A stretch of 50,565 nucleotides of DNA from a virus. Under the pieces are notes generated by a model that did not search any database, was not told the DNA's origin, and was given only the letters and a program-made list of their open reading frames with translations. Shown here piece by piece: positions 41,312 through 49,231 of this stretch. The stretch lies in the IMG/VR virus record IMGVR_UViG_3300045988_176358, one strand, 5' to 3'. Within the stretch, counting starts at the first letter, position 1, and each line of letters starts with the position of its first letter. The position numbers and the translations under genes are program-made.

Positions 41312-41464
41312 ATGTATTACAAAATCACCATTAAGGAAATCCACAAGGCAGTTGTCGGTGTCGAGGCGGAGAGCTTTGAGGAGGCCAAAGCAAAGGTCGA
41401 GACGAAATACTGGGAAAACCCAAACGATTATTTACTTGAGCCGGAAGATACATTTTTTGAATAA
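41312..41464 (+). CDS. DpnD/PcfM-like small protein (paralog B).
   Basis: My own translation: MYYKITIKEIHKAVVGVEAESFEEAKAKVETKYWENPNDYLLEPEDTFFE (50 aa). It is collinear with 10111..10263. Confidence 0.7.
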   Translation: MYYKITIKEIHKAVVGVEAESFEEAKAKVETKYWENPNDYLLEPEDTFFE

Positions 41465-41477
41465 GTCAAAATATAAG

Positions 41478-41510
41478 AGAGGCCGGGGTTATACCCCAGC
41501 CTCTTTTTCT
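41478..41510. terminator. Bidirectional terminator at the convergence of the plus and minus arms.
   Basis: AGAGGCCGGGG-TTATA-CCCCAGCCTCT followed by TTTTCT. It overlaps the last codons of the minus-strand SNF2 gene. Confidence 0.65.
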
Positions 41511-42946
41511 TGTTGTGCAATATACTCAATGACGTCTTTCTTCAGCTTCAGCGCTCTCAGAATCTGCCTGTCTTTGCTGGGTATAGGTTTGCCTCTGCAC
41601 GCTGGCAAGTCTGCAATGATATAATAATAGGTCACAGGCCGGGTCTGCCCCGGTCGATGAATGCGCTTCTTGCTTTGTGAGAACAGCGCGAGGCTGATGT
41701 TAAGGCTATAATAGATGAGATAGCGGGCACGGGTCAGGTCTATACTCTCACTGCCCGACCTGTACTGCACCGCAATCACATCGGCCTTGCCCTGTATCCA
41801 GCGGTCCATCGTGTCCTCAACGCCTGAGACCTCTGTGTACCGCCTGCCAAGCCTTTCGCACACAGACCGTATTTCATCAAAGTCGTGCCGAAACGTCGCA
41901 AAGATGACCACAGGCTCCCGTGGGGAGAACTCAGACAGCATTTCCTCCAGCAGTTCAGCCCGGTCATGGTCTATAGAGATGACAGTCTTGTCCCCCTCCG
42001 GGTCTTCAACAGGTACAAACCCGCAACAAACTTGCTGGAGCCGGAGCACCTTGCTAATCACAGCCTTGATTTCCGTGGCCCCCTTTTTGTTAAGGTACAA
42101 CCCCTCTTTGTCCAGGTCGCGGTAGACCTTTTGAGCCTTGGTGGAAAGTGTGTACGAGCGAATGATGTTACGCCGCCCCGGCAATTTGACCGAGGACTTG
42201 ATTGAGAACGCACAGGAATACATCTTGTGTGCCAAGTCATCAAGATTCTTGTAGGGCTGTTTCTTGTCAAGTACAGTGTAACCAACTTTTGCGGTCAGTA
42301 CAGGGTCAATGTTCTGGTACATGGCTTTGAAATCCGAAAAGCTGGTGCCAAAAATACTGGGGTCAAGAAACCTGTACTGCGCATAGATGTCCATTGGGTT
42401 TTCTGCAAGTGGAGTACCTGTTACAAGGAAACGATGCGGAACAATACTTCCAAGTCTTCGCAAGCACATTGAGCATTTACTTGATGGAGTTTTTATATGG
42501 TGACTTTCATCACATATTATAAATTCCAATCCAGCACTTTTTCTAAAAAGAGTTTCTTCAAATGGCTTGCGCCATATACTCTCATAGTTTATGAGAAGAA
42601 TCATAGTCTCCTGATTTATGTCTCTTTTTCCTTTTGGACAGAGTCTGTTCATCAGTTCAACCTTTTTAACGGTGGAGAGTTCACGAAGATTATAGATGAA
42701 ATTCGATTGGATATCTGTATGAATTTTGAATTGCTTTTCCCACACTTCACAGGCTTTTGGGGGAGCAACAATAATCCCTCGTTTCCAGCCTTTGTTTACA
42801 ATCAAATCCATCATCACTTTAGTTTTCCCTGTTCCAGGGTCAGTGTAAAGGGCACCACTATCTCGTTGCATTAGATAGGACAAAGCCTTGAGTTGATGCT
42901 CCCAAGGCTTTGTCTTAAATATGAATCCCTTATACTTTCGGGTCAT
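41489..42946 (-). CDS. SNF2-family (SF2) DNA helicase / translocase.
   Basis: 485 aa. Motif I TDPGTGKT, motif II ICDESHHIK, and a C-terminal helicase domain with QSKKRIHRPGQ. Confidence 0.88.
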   Translation of the reverse strand: MTRKYKGFIFKTKPWEHQLKALSYLMQRDSGALYTDPGTGKTKVMMDLIVNKGWKRGIIVAPPKACEVWEKQFKIHTDIQSNFIYNLRELSTVKKVELMNRLCPKGKRDINQETMILLINYESIWRKPFEETLFRKSAGLEFIICDESHHIKTPSSKCSMCLRRLGSIVPHRFLVTGTPLAENPMDIYAQYRFLDPSIFGTSFSDFKAMYQNIDPVLTAKVGYTVLDKKQPYKNLDDLAHKMYSCAFSIKSSVKLPGRRNIIRSYTLSTKAQKVYRDLDKEGLYLNKKGATEIKAVISKVLRLQQVCCGFVPVEDPEGDKTVISIDHDRAELLEEMLSEFSPREPVVIFATFRHDFDEIRSVCERLGRRYTEVSGVEDTMDRWIQGKADVIAVQYRSGSESIDLTRARYLIYYSLNISLALFSQSKKRIHRPGQTRPVTYYYIIADLPACRGKPIPSKDRQILRALKLKKDVIEYIAQQEKEAGV

Positions 42947-43214
42947 ACTTTTTGTTTAACTCCTCTGAAATTTGCTGTAATCGTTCTAAGAGTTGACTTC
43001 TTTCTTCAATAGTGATAGATTTATTGTGTAGCTGTTTTCGTATCTTTCGGTCTTCTGCATTACTGTAAAATACTCTATACTTATGACCACAATATGGACA
43101 TTTGATGTAGTACCCATCTACTCCATCACAGAGCTTTCTGCGAATCATTCGGTGAGCTGAAAAAGTTCTTTTACAGCCCTTGTCACAAACAAGATTCATC
43201 GTTGTTGAATTCAT
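42930..43214 (-). CDS. Zinc-ribbon protein.
   Basis: 94 aa. CDKGC...CPYCGH. RBS AGGAG. Confidence 0.65.
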   Translation of the reverse strand: MNSTTMNLVCDKGCKRTFSAHRMIRRKLCDGVDGYYIKCPYCGHKYRVFYSNAEDRKIRKQLHNKSITIEERSQLLERLQQISEELNKKYDPKV

Positions 43215-43223
43215 ACAATTCTC

Positions 43224-43631
43224 CTATTCAACAAATTTTGCGAGTTTTGAACGTATTATGGGGTCATTTTTACGAGTACAGCAAAATGCTTCCATATTGC
43301 CCCCATGGTGCTTAAACCACCCATCCCAAGATACACCATCTTGTGAAAACACATTCTTGACATCTTCAAGTGTATAAGCAACCATCACAATAGCTCCAGC
43401 CATTTGCCATTTAAGTAGATTGTACAACTGCTTCTTTGTAGGGATATTTCCATGGTCAACAATCTTCAGCTCAATACGAAATGAACGCCCCTTTATACAT
43501 CCATTTATATCAGCACGACCAGATTGAGCACTGTTCCCAGAAACATTTTCCGCAATGCATTCGGGTAGGCTGTTAAGGTATTTGAGTACACTTTCCTGTA
43601 TTGAAGACTCACGAGGCAATTCAATCACCAC
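43224..43631 (-). CDS. VRR-NUC domain nuclease.
   Basis: GRADINGCIKGRSFRIELKIVDHGNIPTKKQLYNLLKWQMAGAIVMV (D...E.K core). The start is uncertain: GTG 43631 or 43628, or TTG 43619. The track ORF to 43757 overlaps the upstream gene. Confidence 0.7.
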   Translation of the reverse strand: MVIELPRESSIQESVLKYLNSLPECIAENVSGNSAQSGRADINGCIKGRSFRIELKIVDHGNIPTKKQLYNLLKWQMAGAIVMVAYTLEDVKNVFSQDGVSWDGWFKHHGGNMEAFCCTRKNDPIIRSKLAKFVE

Positions 43632-44034
43632 CGAACGCAAGATTTCTAAAATCTTGTGGCTCAAGCCCAACACGCTCAACCCAGAAAAGCGGGTCTTGAA
43701 TATGTGGGATTGCTTTGTCATCAATGTATAAATCTGCATAAATCTTTCGAGTATCATTGTTGAACATCTTGATTGTTTCTGGAAGATTTACATTTACTGC
43801 ATCAAAAAACAAACCCAGGTGAGCACAGTAGTCTACAGCCTCTAGAAGATATTTGCCATCCCTACAAGTCCAAAGAATAAGTTTCACACCAGACTTTTGT
43901 AGAGCCTTGCAAAGTCGAAACATGAATGTATTGGGGGAACCAATGCTCGGGTAATTGTCAGATACCAAGGTTCCATCAAAATCAATTGCAACAATCTTTG
44001 GCAGTGTATCCATCTCACTTTTTGAAATAGCCAT
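43621..44034 (-). CDS. HAD-superfamily phosphatase (deoxynucleotidase-like).
   Basis: Motif I AIDFDGTLV, motif II LILWTCR, motif III/IV KIYADLYIDDK. RBS GGAGG. Confidence 0.75.
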   Translation of the reverse strand: MAISKSEMDTLPKIVAIDFDGTLVSDNYPSIGSPNTFMFRLCKALQKSGVKLILWTCRDGKYLLEAVDYCAHLGLFFDAVNVNLPETIKMFNNDTRKIYADLYIDDKAIPHIQDPLFWVERVGLEPQDFRNLAFGGD

Positions 44035-44419
44035 ACTTTGCGGCCTCCATTTTCATATGTAGTGACGTCCAGTTTTTAATGATGCCATACATTGGTGGAC
44101 GTGCTTTTCCCAATGTTGGGCTGTATAATTCATAATATCTATCTTGGTATGAAATAATAATTGCTTTCTTGAGTGTCTCAATATCTTCTCGTCTGGCCAT
44201 ATGTAATGCAAGGTCGAATTCTTCCTTTGCCCATTTTGAAAGCCAGCCCCCAATATCACACCCATCAGCATTTGTTGAGCTTTGAAATTCCTCCCAGATT
44301 TCCACAGGTACATAGCAAAAGTGGACCCAGGAAATCCTATCGTTATCAATTGTTTTGAGCAGAATCTTCTTGTAATACTCCGGCTTGCCCTTGAGAAACT
44401 TCGGGTGTGGATTTCTCAT
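44015..44419 (-). CDS. Hypothetical protein.
   Basis: ATG 44419 has RBS CAGGAGGAAAACC. The track ORF extends to 44551 inside the ThyA-like gene. Confidence 0.6.
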   Translation of the reverse strand: MRNPHPKFLKGKPEYYKKILLKTIDNDRISWVHFCYVPVEIWEEFQSSTNADGCDIGGWLSKWAKEEFDLALHMARREDIETLKKAIIISYQDRYYELYSPTLGKARPPMYGIIKNWTSLHMKMEAAKYGYFKK

Positions 44420-45251
44420 GGTTTTCCTCCTGCGGTTTGCTTGACGAACGCTTTTTTGCTTTGATAGGGTTTTCCGGCTTTTGAGGCGCATTTCGTTCGT
44501 AAAGGTGAAGCGAAGCAGCCTGATGTACATAAGTACCAACCTCAACCCCAAGGCGCATTGCCATCATCACTTGCATCGAACAGAAACTGAACATGTCATA
44601 TGGAACTCCGGTCCAAACATCATTGGAACGCATAGTGACCGTCAAATTGAGACGATTATTGCGGATAAGAAACTGCAAGGACAATGTGCACGGAGTATCT
44701 TTTGTAGGGTCAGTGATTGCTCTCGGATCTTTGATGTGAATAACAGCTTGGCGACTGTTAGGGTCTTGAGTCAAACGCTCAATGACGTCTTGCCATTGGT
44801 CAAACCCATAGAATGACTGGATTTTGTGCCCATAACAGCTGTTGACAGTTTCACCATCATCAGACATGCGGTCCCAAGCACTGCTGAAATACTGTATATC
44901 ACGCAATTTGTTTGAGCCAGAAAGATACCAAAGCAGCTCTCCTACTGCATAGCGCATAGGCATTTTTCTTGCTTTGCTGTTTACAATCATGCGTGTCGGG
45001 TTTTTGATGACTGTAATTGCATTGAGAATTTCAGCTGCAACAGCACCATCACGACTTTCAGCAACCTTTTCTGAATCCCAGGCTTGCGCTGTCAAAGCTG
45101 CATACCAGTATTCCCAAGCATCGTTTACAGTTTCTGCGACAAGGTAGTTGTCGATGTCACCATCACCACATACACGGTCAGTCTTGTTGTAAAGGGTTTC
45201 AAGCTCAAGCTCTTTGACAGCTTGCTTGAATGTTTCAGGATTGAAAATCAT
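44346..45251 (-). CDS. Thymidylate-synthase-family pyrimidine dNMP hydroxymethylase or methylase, with Asp at the Asn177-equivalent position.
   Basis: By-eye alignment to E. coli ThyA:
- GELLWYLSG aligns with HELLWFLQG.
- DPNSRQAVI aligns with DPDSRRIIV.
- Catalytic PCTLSLQF aligns with PCHAFFQF.
- RSNDVWTGVPYDMFSF aligns with RSCDVFLGLPFNIASY.
- SLHLYERN aligns with DTHLYSNH.

RBS GGAGG. Confidence 0.85.
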   Translation of the reverse strand: MIFNPETFKQAVKELELETLYNKTDRVCGDGDIDNYLVAETVNDAWEYWYAALTAQAWDSEKVAESRDGAVAAEILNAITVIKNPTRMIVNSKARKMPMRYAVGELLWYLSGSNKLRDIQYFSSAWDRMSDDGETVNSCYGHKIQSFYGFDQWQDVIERLTQDPNSRQAVIHIKDPRAITDPTKDTPCTLSLQFLIRNNRLNLTVTMRSNDVWTGVPYDMFSFCSMQVMMAMRLGVEVGTYVHQAASLHLYERNAPQKPENPIKAKKRSSSKPQEENHEKSTPEVSQGQAGVLQEDSAQNN

Positions 45252-45253
45252 AT

Positions 45254-45679
45254 TTACGTCCTCCAGATTTCAATTTGAAGTGTGGATTGCTTCATGACTG
45301 TATCAAACCGTTCCAGCAGTTCTTTTACAGGATACATTGGAATTTCATTCCGCTTGTTAAGGCGTGTCTCAATTGTTTTTTCGGAGGCAGTCACATAGAC
45401 AACTTTTGCACCCATATTTAGCATATCAGCTTCAAGGCGATACAACTCATCTTGGGTCAACTTGCGTTCTTCTTCAGACTGATATACGAATTGTCCATAG
45501 CAAAATCGGTCTGCAATGATGTGTTGCTCTTCAGAGGCGTACAAGATACTACGAAAATACGCAAGGTCATTCGGGGTATCTTTGGTGCAATGAATGATAC
45601 GAGCATTGAGAATACGGGCGAGGCGTTTTGCAATAGTGCTTTTTCCTGCGCCATCAGCGCCCTCTAAAATAATGAGCAT
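45254..45679 (-). CDS. Tmk-like P-loop (d)NMP kinase.
   Basis: 141 aa. ILEGADGAGKST is the thymidylate-kinase P-loop, and ADRFCYGQFVYQ corresponds to the DRY..S..AYQ motif. RBS GGAGGG. Confidence 0.75.
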   Translation of the reverse strand: MLIILEGADGAGKSTIAKRLARILNARIIHCTKDTPNDLAYFRSILYASEEQHIIADRFCYGQFVYQSEEERKLTQDELYRLEADMLNMGAKVVYVTASEKTIETRLNKRNEIPMYPVKELLERFDTVMKQSTLQIEIWRT

Positions 45680-45713
45680 TGATTTCCCTCCAATTTATTG
45701 TAGTAAGCCTATT

Positions 45714-46697
45714 TTACTCTTCCCAAGGACGTTTGTAAAGAGTTTTACATAAAGGCTCTGAATTTTTTGAAACCTTTTTTGCAAAAGCAAGAATTTCATC
45801 TGTTGCTTCTGGCATATCTTCCTGACCTTTCATATCAGGAAGCAATCCTACTCTATGGCTTAGAGCATTACAGCCTAAACATGGCTTGAAGCTTCTTTTA
45901 CCAGCGTATAACAGAATGCGGGCAGCTTCAAATCGTTTACTGTACCAAATCTCATCAATTTCTTGTTCCATGATGTTGCCAATTGGGTATTCACCCCGGA
46001 AATCATTACAGCATATAGCCACAGAGCCATCATATCTCAGCGACAACTCTCTAAATGGTCTTGCGCACCTTTTACCCTGATAGGACATATCAAGAGGTCC
46101 AGCGGCTCCACAGTGATTGCAGAGATGACGATTGATGGCACCCTCTTTTTGAATTGGCGGATTGAATAGTACTCTGAATTTTCTTGAGCTGTTTCCATAA
46201 AGGGGTACTCCAGGAGCCAAATGCTGAATATCGATATCAGTATCCAGCTTTGTGAGCTTTTCTTCAATTGTAGCAGCGTCACCTTTGGCAGAATAGTAGT
46301 CAATGATTAAATCGTTGAGACCTGCAGCTTTTAATGCTCTGACGCGCCCCAGGATGTTCTCAAACTCATCTACTTTTTCACCAAACCCATGGACAATTCC
46401 ATAACCATTTGTCATGATAGACATAACAGCTCTTGGGAGGGCTTTTCGAAACAGCTTTATGATTCGAATGATATTCGGGTTTAGCGTGGGTTCCCCATGC
46501 ATAGAAAAGATGATGCGGCTATTCCAACCAACTCGCGCAATCTCCGAAACAATTCGTTCTGCAGTTTTCTTTGTCATTGGATACCAGGGTTTTTTACCCT
46601 CTTCTCGCATTCCACGCAACCCACAGAAATTGCATCCAAGATTGCAGCCCTCATTGAGTTCTACTTGGATAGAAAACGGTGGTGTTTGTTTTCTCAT
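45714..46697 (-). CDS. Radical SAM enzyme with a C-terminal SPASM/twitch-like Cys cluster.
   Basis: CNLGCNFC (CxxxCxxC) is 14 residues from ATG 46697. C-terminal cysteines: CNHC, CARP, ICCNDF, CLGC. The track ORF to 46916 overlaps the upstream gene. Confidence 0.85.
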   Translation of the reverse strand: MRKQTPPFSIQVELNEGCNLGCNFCGLRGMREEGKKPWYPMTKKTAERIVSEIARVGWNSRIIFSMHGEPTLNPNIIRIIKLFRKALPRAVMSIMTNGYGIVHGFGEKVDEFENILGRVRALKAAGLNDLIIDYYSAKGDAATIEEKLTKLDTDIDIQHLAPGVPLYGNSSRKFRVLFNPPIQKEGAINRHLCNHCGAAGPLDMSYQGKRCARPFRELSLRYDGSVAICCNDFRGEYPIGNIMEQEIDEIWYSKRFEAARILLYAGKRSFKPCLGCNALSHRVGLLPDMKGQEDMPEATDEILAFAKKVSKNSEPLCKTLYKRPWEE

Positions 46698-46704
46698 TGT
46701 ACTA

Positions 46705-47652
46705 TTATTCCTCCCAGTATTCCTTGATACGCTTTGAGCCATTGATTTTGTGAAATGCTGTCCAGTTGATATCACCCCACATATAATCTCCGTCAGCATC
46801 ACGAAAGCTCGTGCGCAGATAGTCTCGTATAGGGTACTTTTGTAACATATCCCATTCGTATTTGTGAAGCCGTTTTTCATTCTCTGGTGTACGAATAACG
46901 CTATCACATTTTTCACTCACATAGTCATATGTAAGGCATGGTATGTTGAAACAGTGACCACCATTAGCAAGAATAACTGCACAAAACCCAATGTCATCTC
47001 CATGAGGGTCAAAAATCATGTCACGATTTATCTTTGCTTTGTGAAGCCCTTTTACATTTATGAGAGTGACTTGTCTTGGAGTAGGTCCTGAATCAATGAT
47101 GTATTTGAGTTTGCTGTTTTCAACATGCTGTGACATTCTCTGTCTACGGATATTTCCAAGATACACATTTGGGTACTCTTTAAAAACTTCTCTTGAAATA
47201 GCTCCTGCCATTGTAAGAACTTTTTGTTCGAGTAGAGGGTCTTTTTCTCGGTCTGCTTTTACAGCATGCTTTGAGCATAGATTTCCAGAGCCAGACTTCC
47301 CATCATACATATATGCAAGATTCTTGATATCATCATCCATATCGATAATAAGTGGATAACGATGTTCCGCAGCATATTCATAAATGAACTGACGAGTGCT
47401 TGCTAACCCATTGATTGGCAGATGAAAATCTTTTGGTATAGGCAAAATATGCAAGTTTTTGTTTGCCTTTCTATATGCCTTTGCTTGTTCTTGCCTTACA
47501 ACAATATGAACTTTTTCAATGGCTTCATCTGTGAAATTCTCAAACATTTTTGCTGTCACAAACTCAGGTCTATTATAAGATGGTACAAAAATATGAGGGA
47601 GTTGGGATGTAGATAGACAGTTCAACAGGTTATACATTTTTTTCTTTCTCAT
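46705..47652 (-). CDS. GT-A-fold glycosyltransferase-like protein (DxD), possibly TET/JBP-associated-glycosyltransferase-like.
   Basis: 315 aa from ATG 47652 (RBS GGAGG 5 nt upstream). HIFVPSYNRPE... and LIIDMDDDI are typical GT-A N-terminal and DxD motifs. Confidence 0.55.
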   Translation of the reverse strand: MRKKKMYNLLNCLSTSQLPHIFVPSYNRPEFVTAKMFENFTDEAIEKVHIVVRQEQAKAYRKANKNLHILPIPKDFHLPINGLASTRQFIYEYAAEHRYPLIIDMDDDIKNLAYMYDGKSGSGNLCSKHAVKADREKDPLLEQKVLTMAGAISREVFKEYPNVYLGNIRRQRMSQHVENSKLKYIIDSGPTPRQVTLINVKGLHKAKINRDMIFDPHGDDIGFCAVILANGGHCFNIPCLTYDYVSEKCDSVIRTPENEKRLHKYEWDMLQKYPIRDYLRTSFRDADGDYMWGDINWTAFHKINGSKRIKEYWEE

Positions 47653-47670
47653 AGCATCCTCCATTATAGG

Positions 47671-47700
47671 GAATGCCCCTCTATCAATAGAGAGGCATTC
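47671..47700 (-). other. 11-bp stem-loop between the SSB-like gene and the modification operon.
   Basis: Minus strand: GAATGCCTCTC-TATTGATA-GAGGGGCATTC (one mismatch), followed by CCTATAATGGAGG. There is no U tract. Confidence 0.4.
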
Positions 47701-47713
47701 CACCTGAAATCAT

Positions 47714-48421
47714 TCAGTCTTCTTCCCAATCATCGTCGTCATCATCGTCGTCATCTTCTTCGACAGGAGCGGGCTTTTTCTTGGCCGCGGGTTTCTTTGC
47801 AGCAGGCTTTTTTGCTGCAGCCTTTTTCTTCGGCGCGGGTTTCTCTTCTTCCTCTTCCTCGTCCTCATCCTCGTCCCAGTCATCTTCCTCGTCCTCATCC
47901 GGTTCAGGCTGAGACTTTTTCTTGGCAGGAGTTTTCTTCACTGTAGATGATTTTTTCTTGGACTTAGGAGCTTCTTCCTCTTCGTCCTCATTTTCCTCGT
48001 CGAAATCATCCTCATCCTCGTCATCATCGTCATCGACACTTGACTTTGAGTCATTGGCCTTGGTGTACTCGGAAATTTTGGCTCGTGTCACTCCGTTGTA
48101 TTCCTCGTGGATAACATTGATGTCCAAAACCTTGCCAATCATATTGTCAAGGTCAACAGCAACTTTGCCCTCGCACTTCATGTTAAGGACTTGCAGCAGG
48201 GATTTGAATTTCCAAAGAGCCTTATCCGTCAGGACCAAGCTGTCAAAGACCTTGTTGCCCTTGTCATCACCCTTAATAACTTCAAATGCAACCTGAAGCA
48301 TCTGGTCGCCACCCTGAGAGGTCTTCTCTTGAATTTCGGAAATTTTTGCCCGATGAATCCCCTCGCTCACTCGCTGATAGGATTCAACACCTGTGAAATC
48401 GACTTTCATTTTTCGTGCCAT
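47714..48421 (-). CDS. DUF669-family (phage SSB-like) protein with a long Asp/Glu/Lys low-complexity tail.
   Basis: The N-terminal about 125 aa fit the DUF669 pattern (...GIHRAKISEI..KTSQGGDQMLQVAFEVI...ALWKFKSLLQVL). It is adjacent to the AAA_24 ATPase. The tail ends EEDDDDDDDDDWEED. Confidence 0.65.
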   Translation of the reverse strand: MARKMKVDFTGVESYQRVSEGIHRAKISEIQEKTSQGGDQMLQVAFEVIKGDDKGNKVFDSLVLTDKALWKFKSLLQVLNMKCEGKVAVDLDNMIGKVLDINVIHEEYNGVTRAKISEYTKANDSKSSVDDDDDEDEDDFDEENEDEEEEAPKSKKKSSTVKKTPAKKKSQPEPDEDEEDDWDEDEDEEEEEEKPAPKKKAAAKKPAAKKPAAKKKPAPVEEDDDDDDDDDWEED

Positions 48422-48466
48422 TGTAATACCTCCGTGAATATTTGTTTATATCCAAAGGCGAATTGC

Positions 48467-49228
48467 CTATTGGTCAGATGTTGCAGACTCGATATCGAGT
48501 ATCTGTGCTAGTTTTGTATAAGTTAAATTTCTAACTTGCGTCGGAACTTTGAGCTCCTTTGGTTTTTGCAGCTTTGTCCAATAGTATGGATTTGGCCCAA
48601 TTTGGGTGATGTAAACTGGTACAGTCTTTTCAACCCCGTCAATGGTGACATCCTTTTTCTTAATGAGGGTATGTAGACCATAGTTTGACATCCCCTCAAG
48701 GTATGTTCTCGCACCTTTTGTTGTACTTGGGTGAATCTCCGGAAGAATCTCATCTTCAATGCCCTCAAAAGCATCTCCAACTTCATGACAGCTGAATAGC
48801 ACCCAACAGTATTCAGCAAGCTGATGACCCAAACGAATCAGTTCTTCCGTGTCAGATTTGAGGTCACCCCACATCTGCTGGGTCATTTTCTTATTCTTAT
48901 CAACAGCGTTTTCTTTGACCCATATATTTGTGACCATTGAGAATGTGTCAGCAAAAACTGTTTTGTATTTCAACCTGCCTTTTTCTGCCATGCCAATAAG
49001 CTCTTGCAGAACAGATTTCAGCTCACTGAGATTTTTAATGTGTAGACCTCGGATACCCTTTTTCTTTTTGATTGTGTTGCTTCCGTCATCACCAACTTGT
49101 AGATACAACATTGGTTTAGGGAAAGTAGAACCAAGCTCAGTTTTACCAGAGCCAGATTTTCCGTAAATTGTAACGAATCTGTGCTGACCAAGCTCTTCGA
49201 TGTCAACAGCTTTTTCTAAAAGACCCAT
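48467..49228 (-). CDS. AAA_24 / Sak4-like RecA-fold ATPase.
   Basis: Walker A IYGKSGSGKT. 253 aa. RBS GAGGAG. Classic synteny with DUF669 and a Cas4-like nuclease. Confidence 0.8.
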   Translation of the reverse strand: MGLLEKAVDIEELGQHRFVTIYGKSGSGKTELGSTFPKPMLYLQVGDDGSNTIKKKKGIRGLHIKNLSELKSVLQELIGMAEKGRLKYKTVFADTFSMVTNIWVKENAVDKNKKMTQQMWGDLKSDTEELIRLGHQLAEYCWVLFSCHEVGDAFEGIEDEILPEIHPSTTKGARTYLEGMSNYGLHTLIKKKDVTIDGVEKTVPVYITQIGPNPYYWTKLQKPKELKVPTQVRNLTYTKLAQILDIESATSDQ

Positions 49229-49231
49229 GTT

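Noticed and set aside
41352-41624. A 90-aa plus-strand ORF.
   Set aside because: It overlaps the DpnD/PcfM-like gene in another frame, runs through the bidirectional terminator into the SNF2 gene, and has no RBS.
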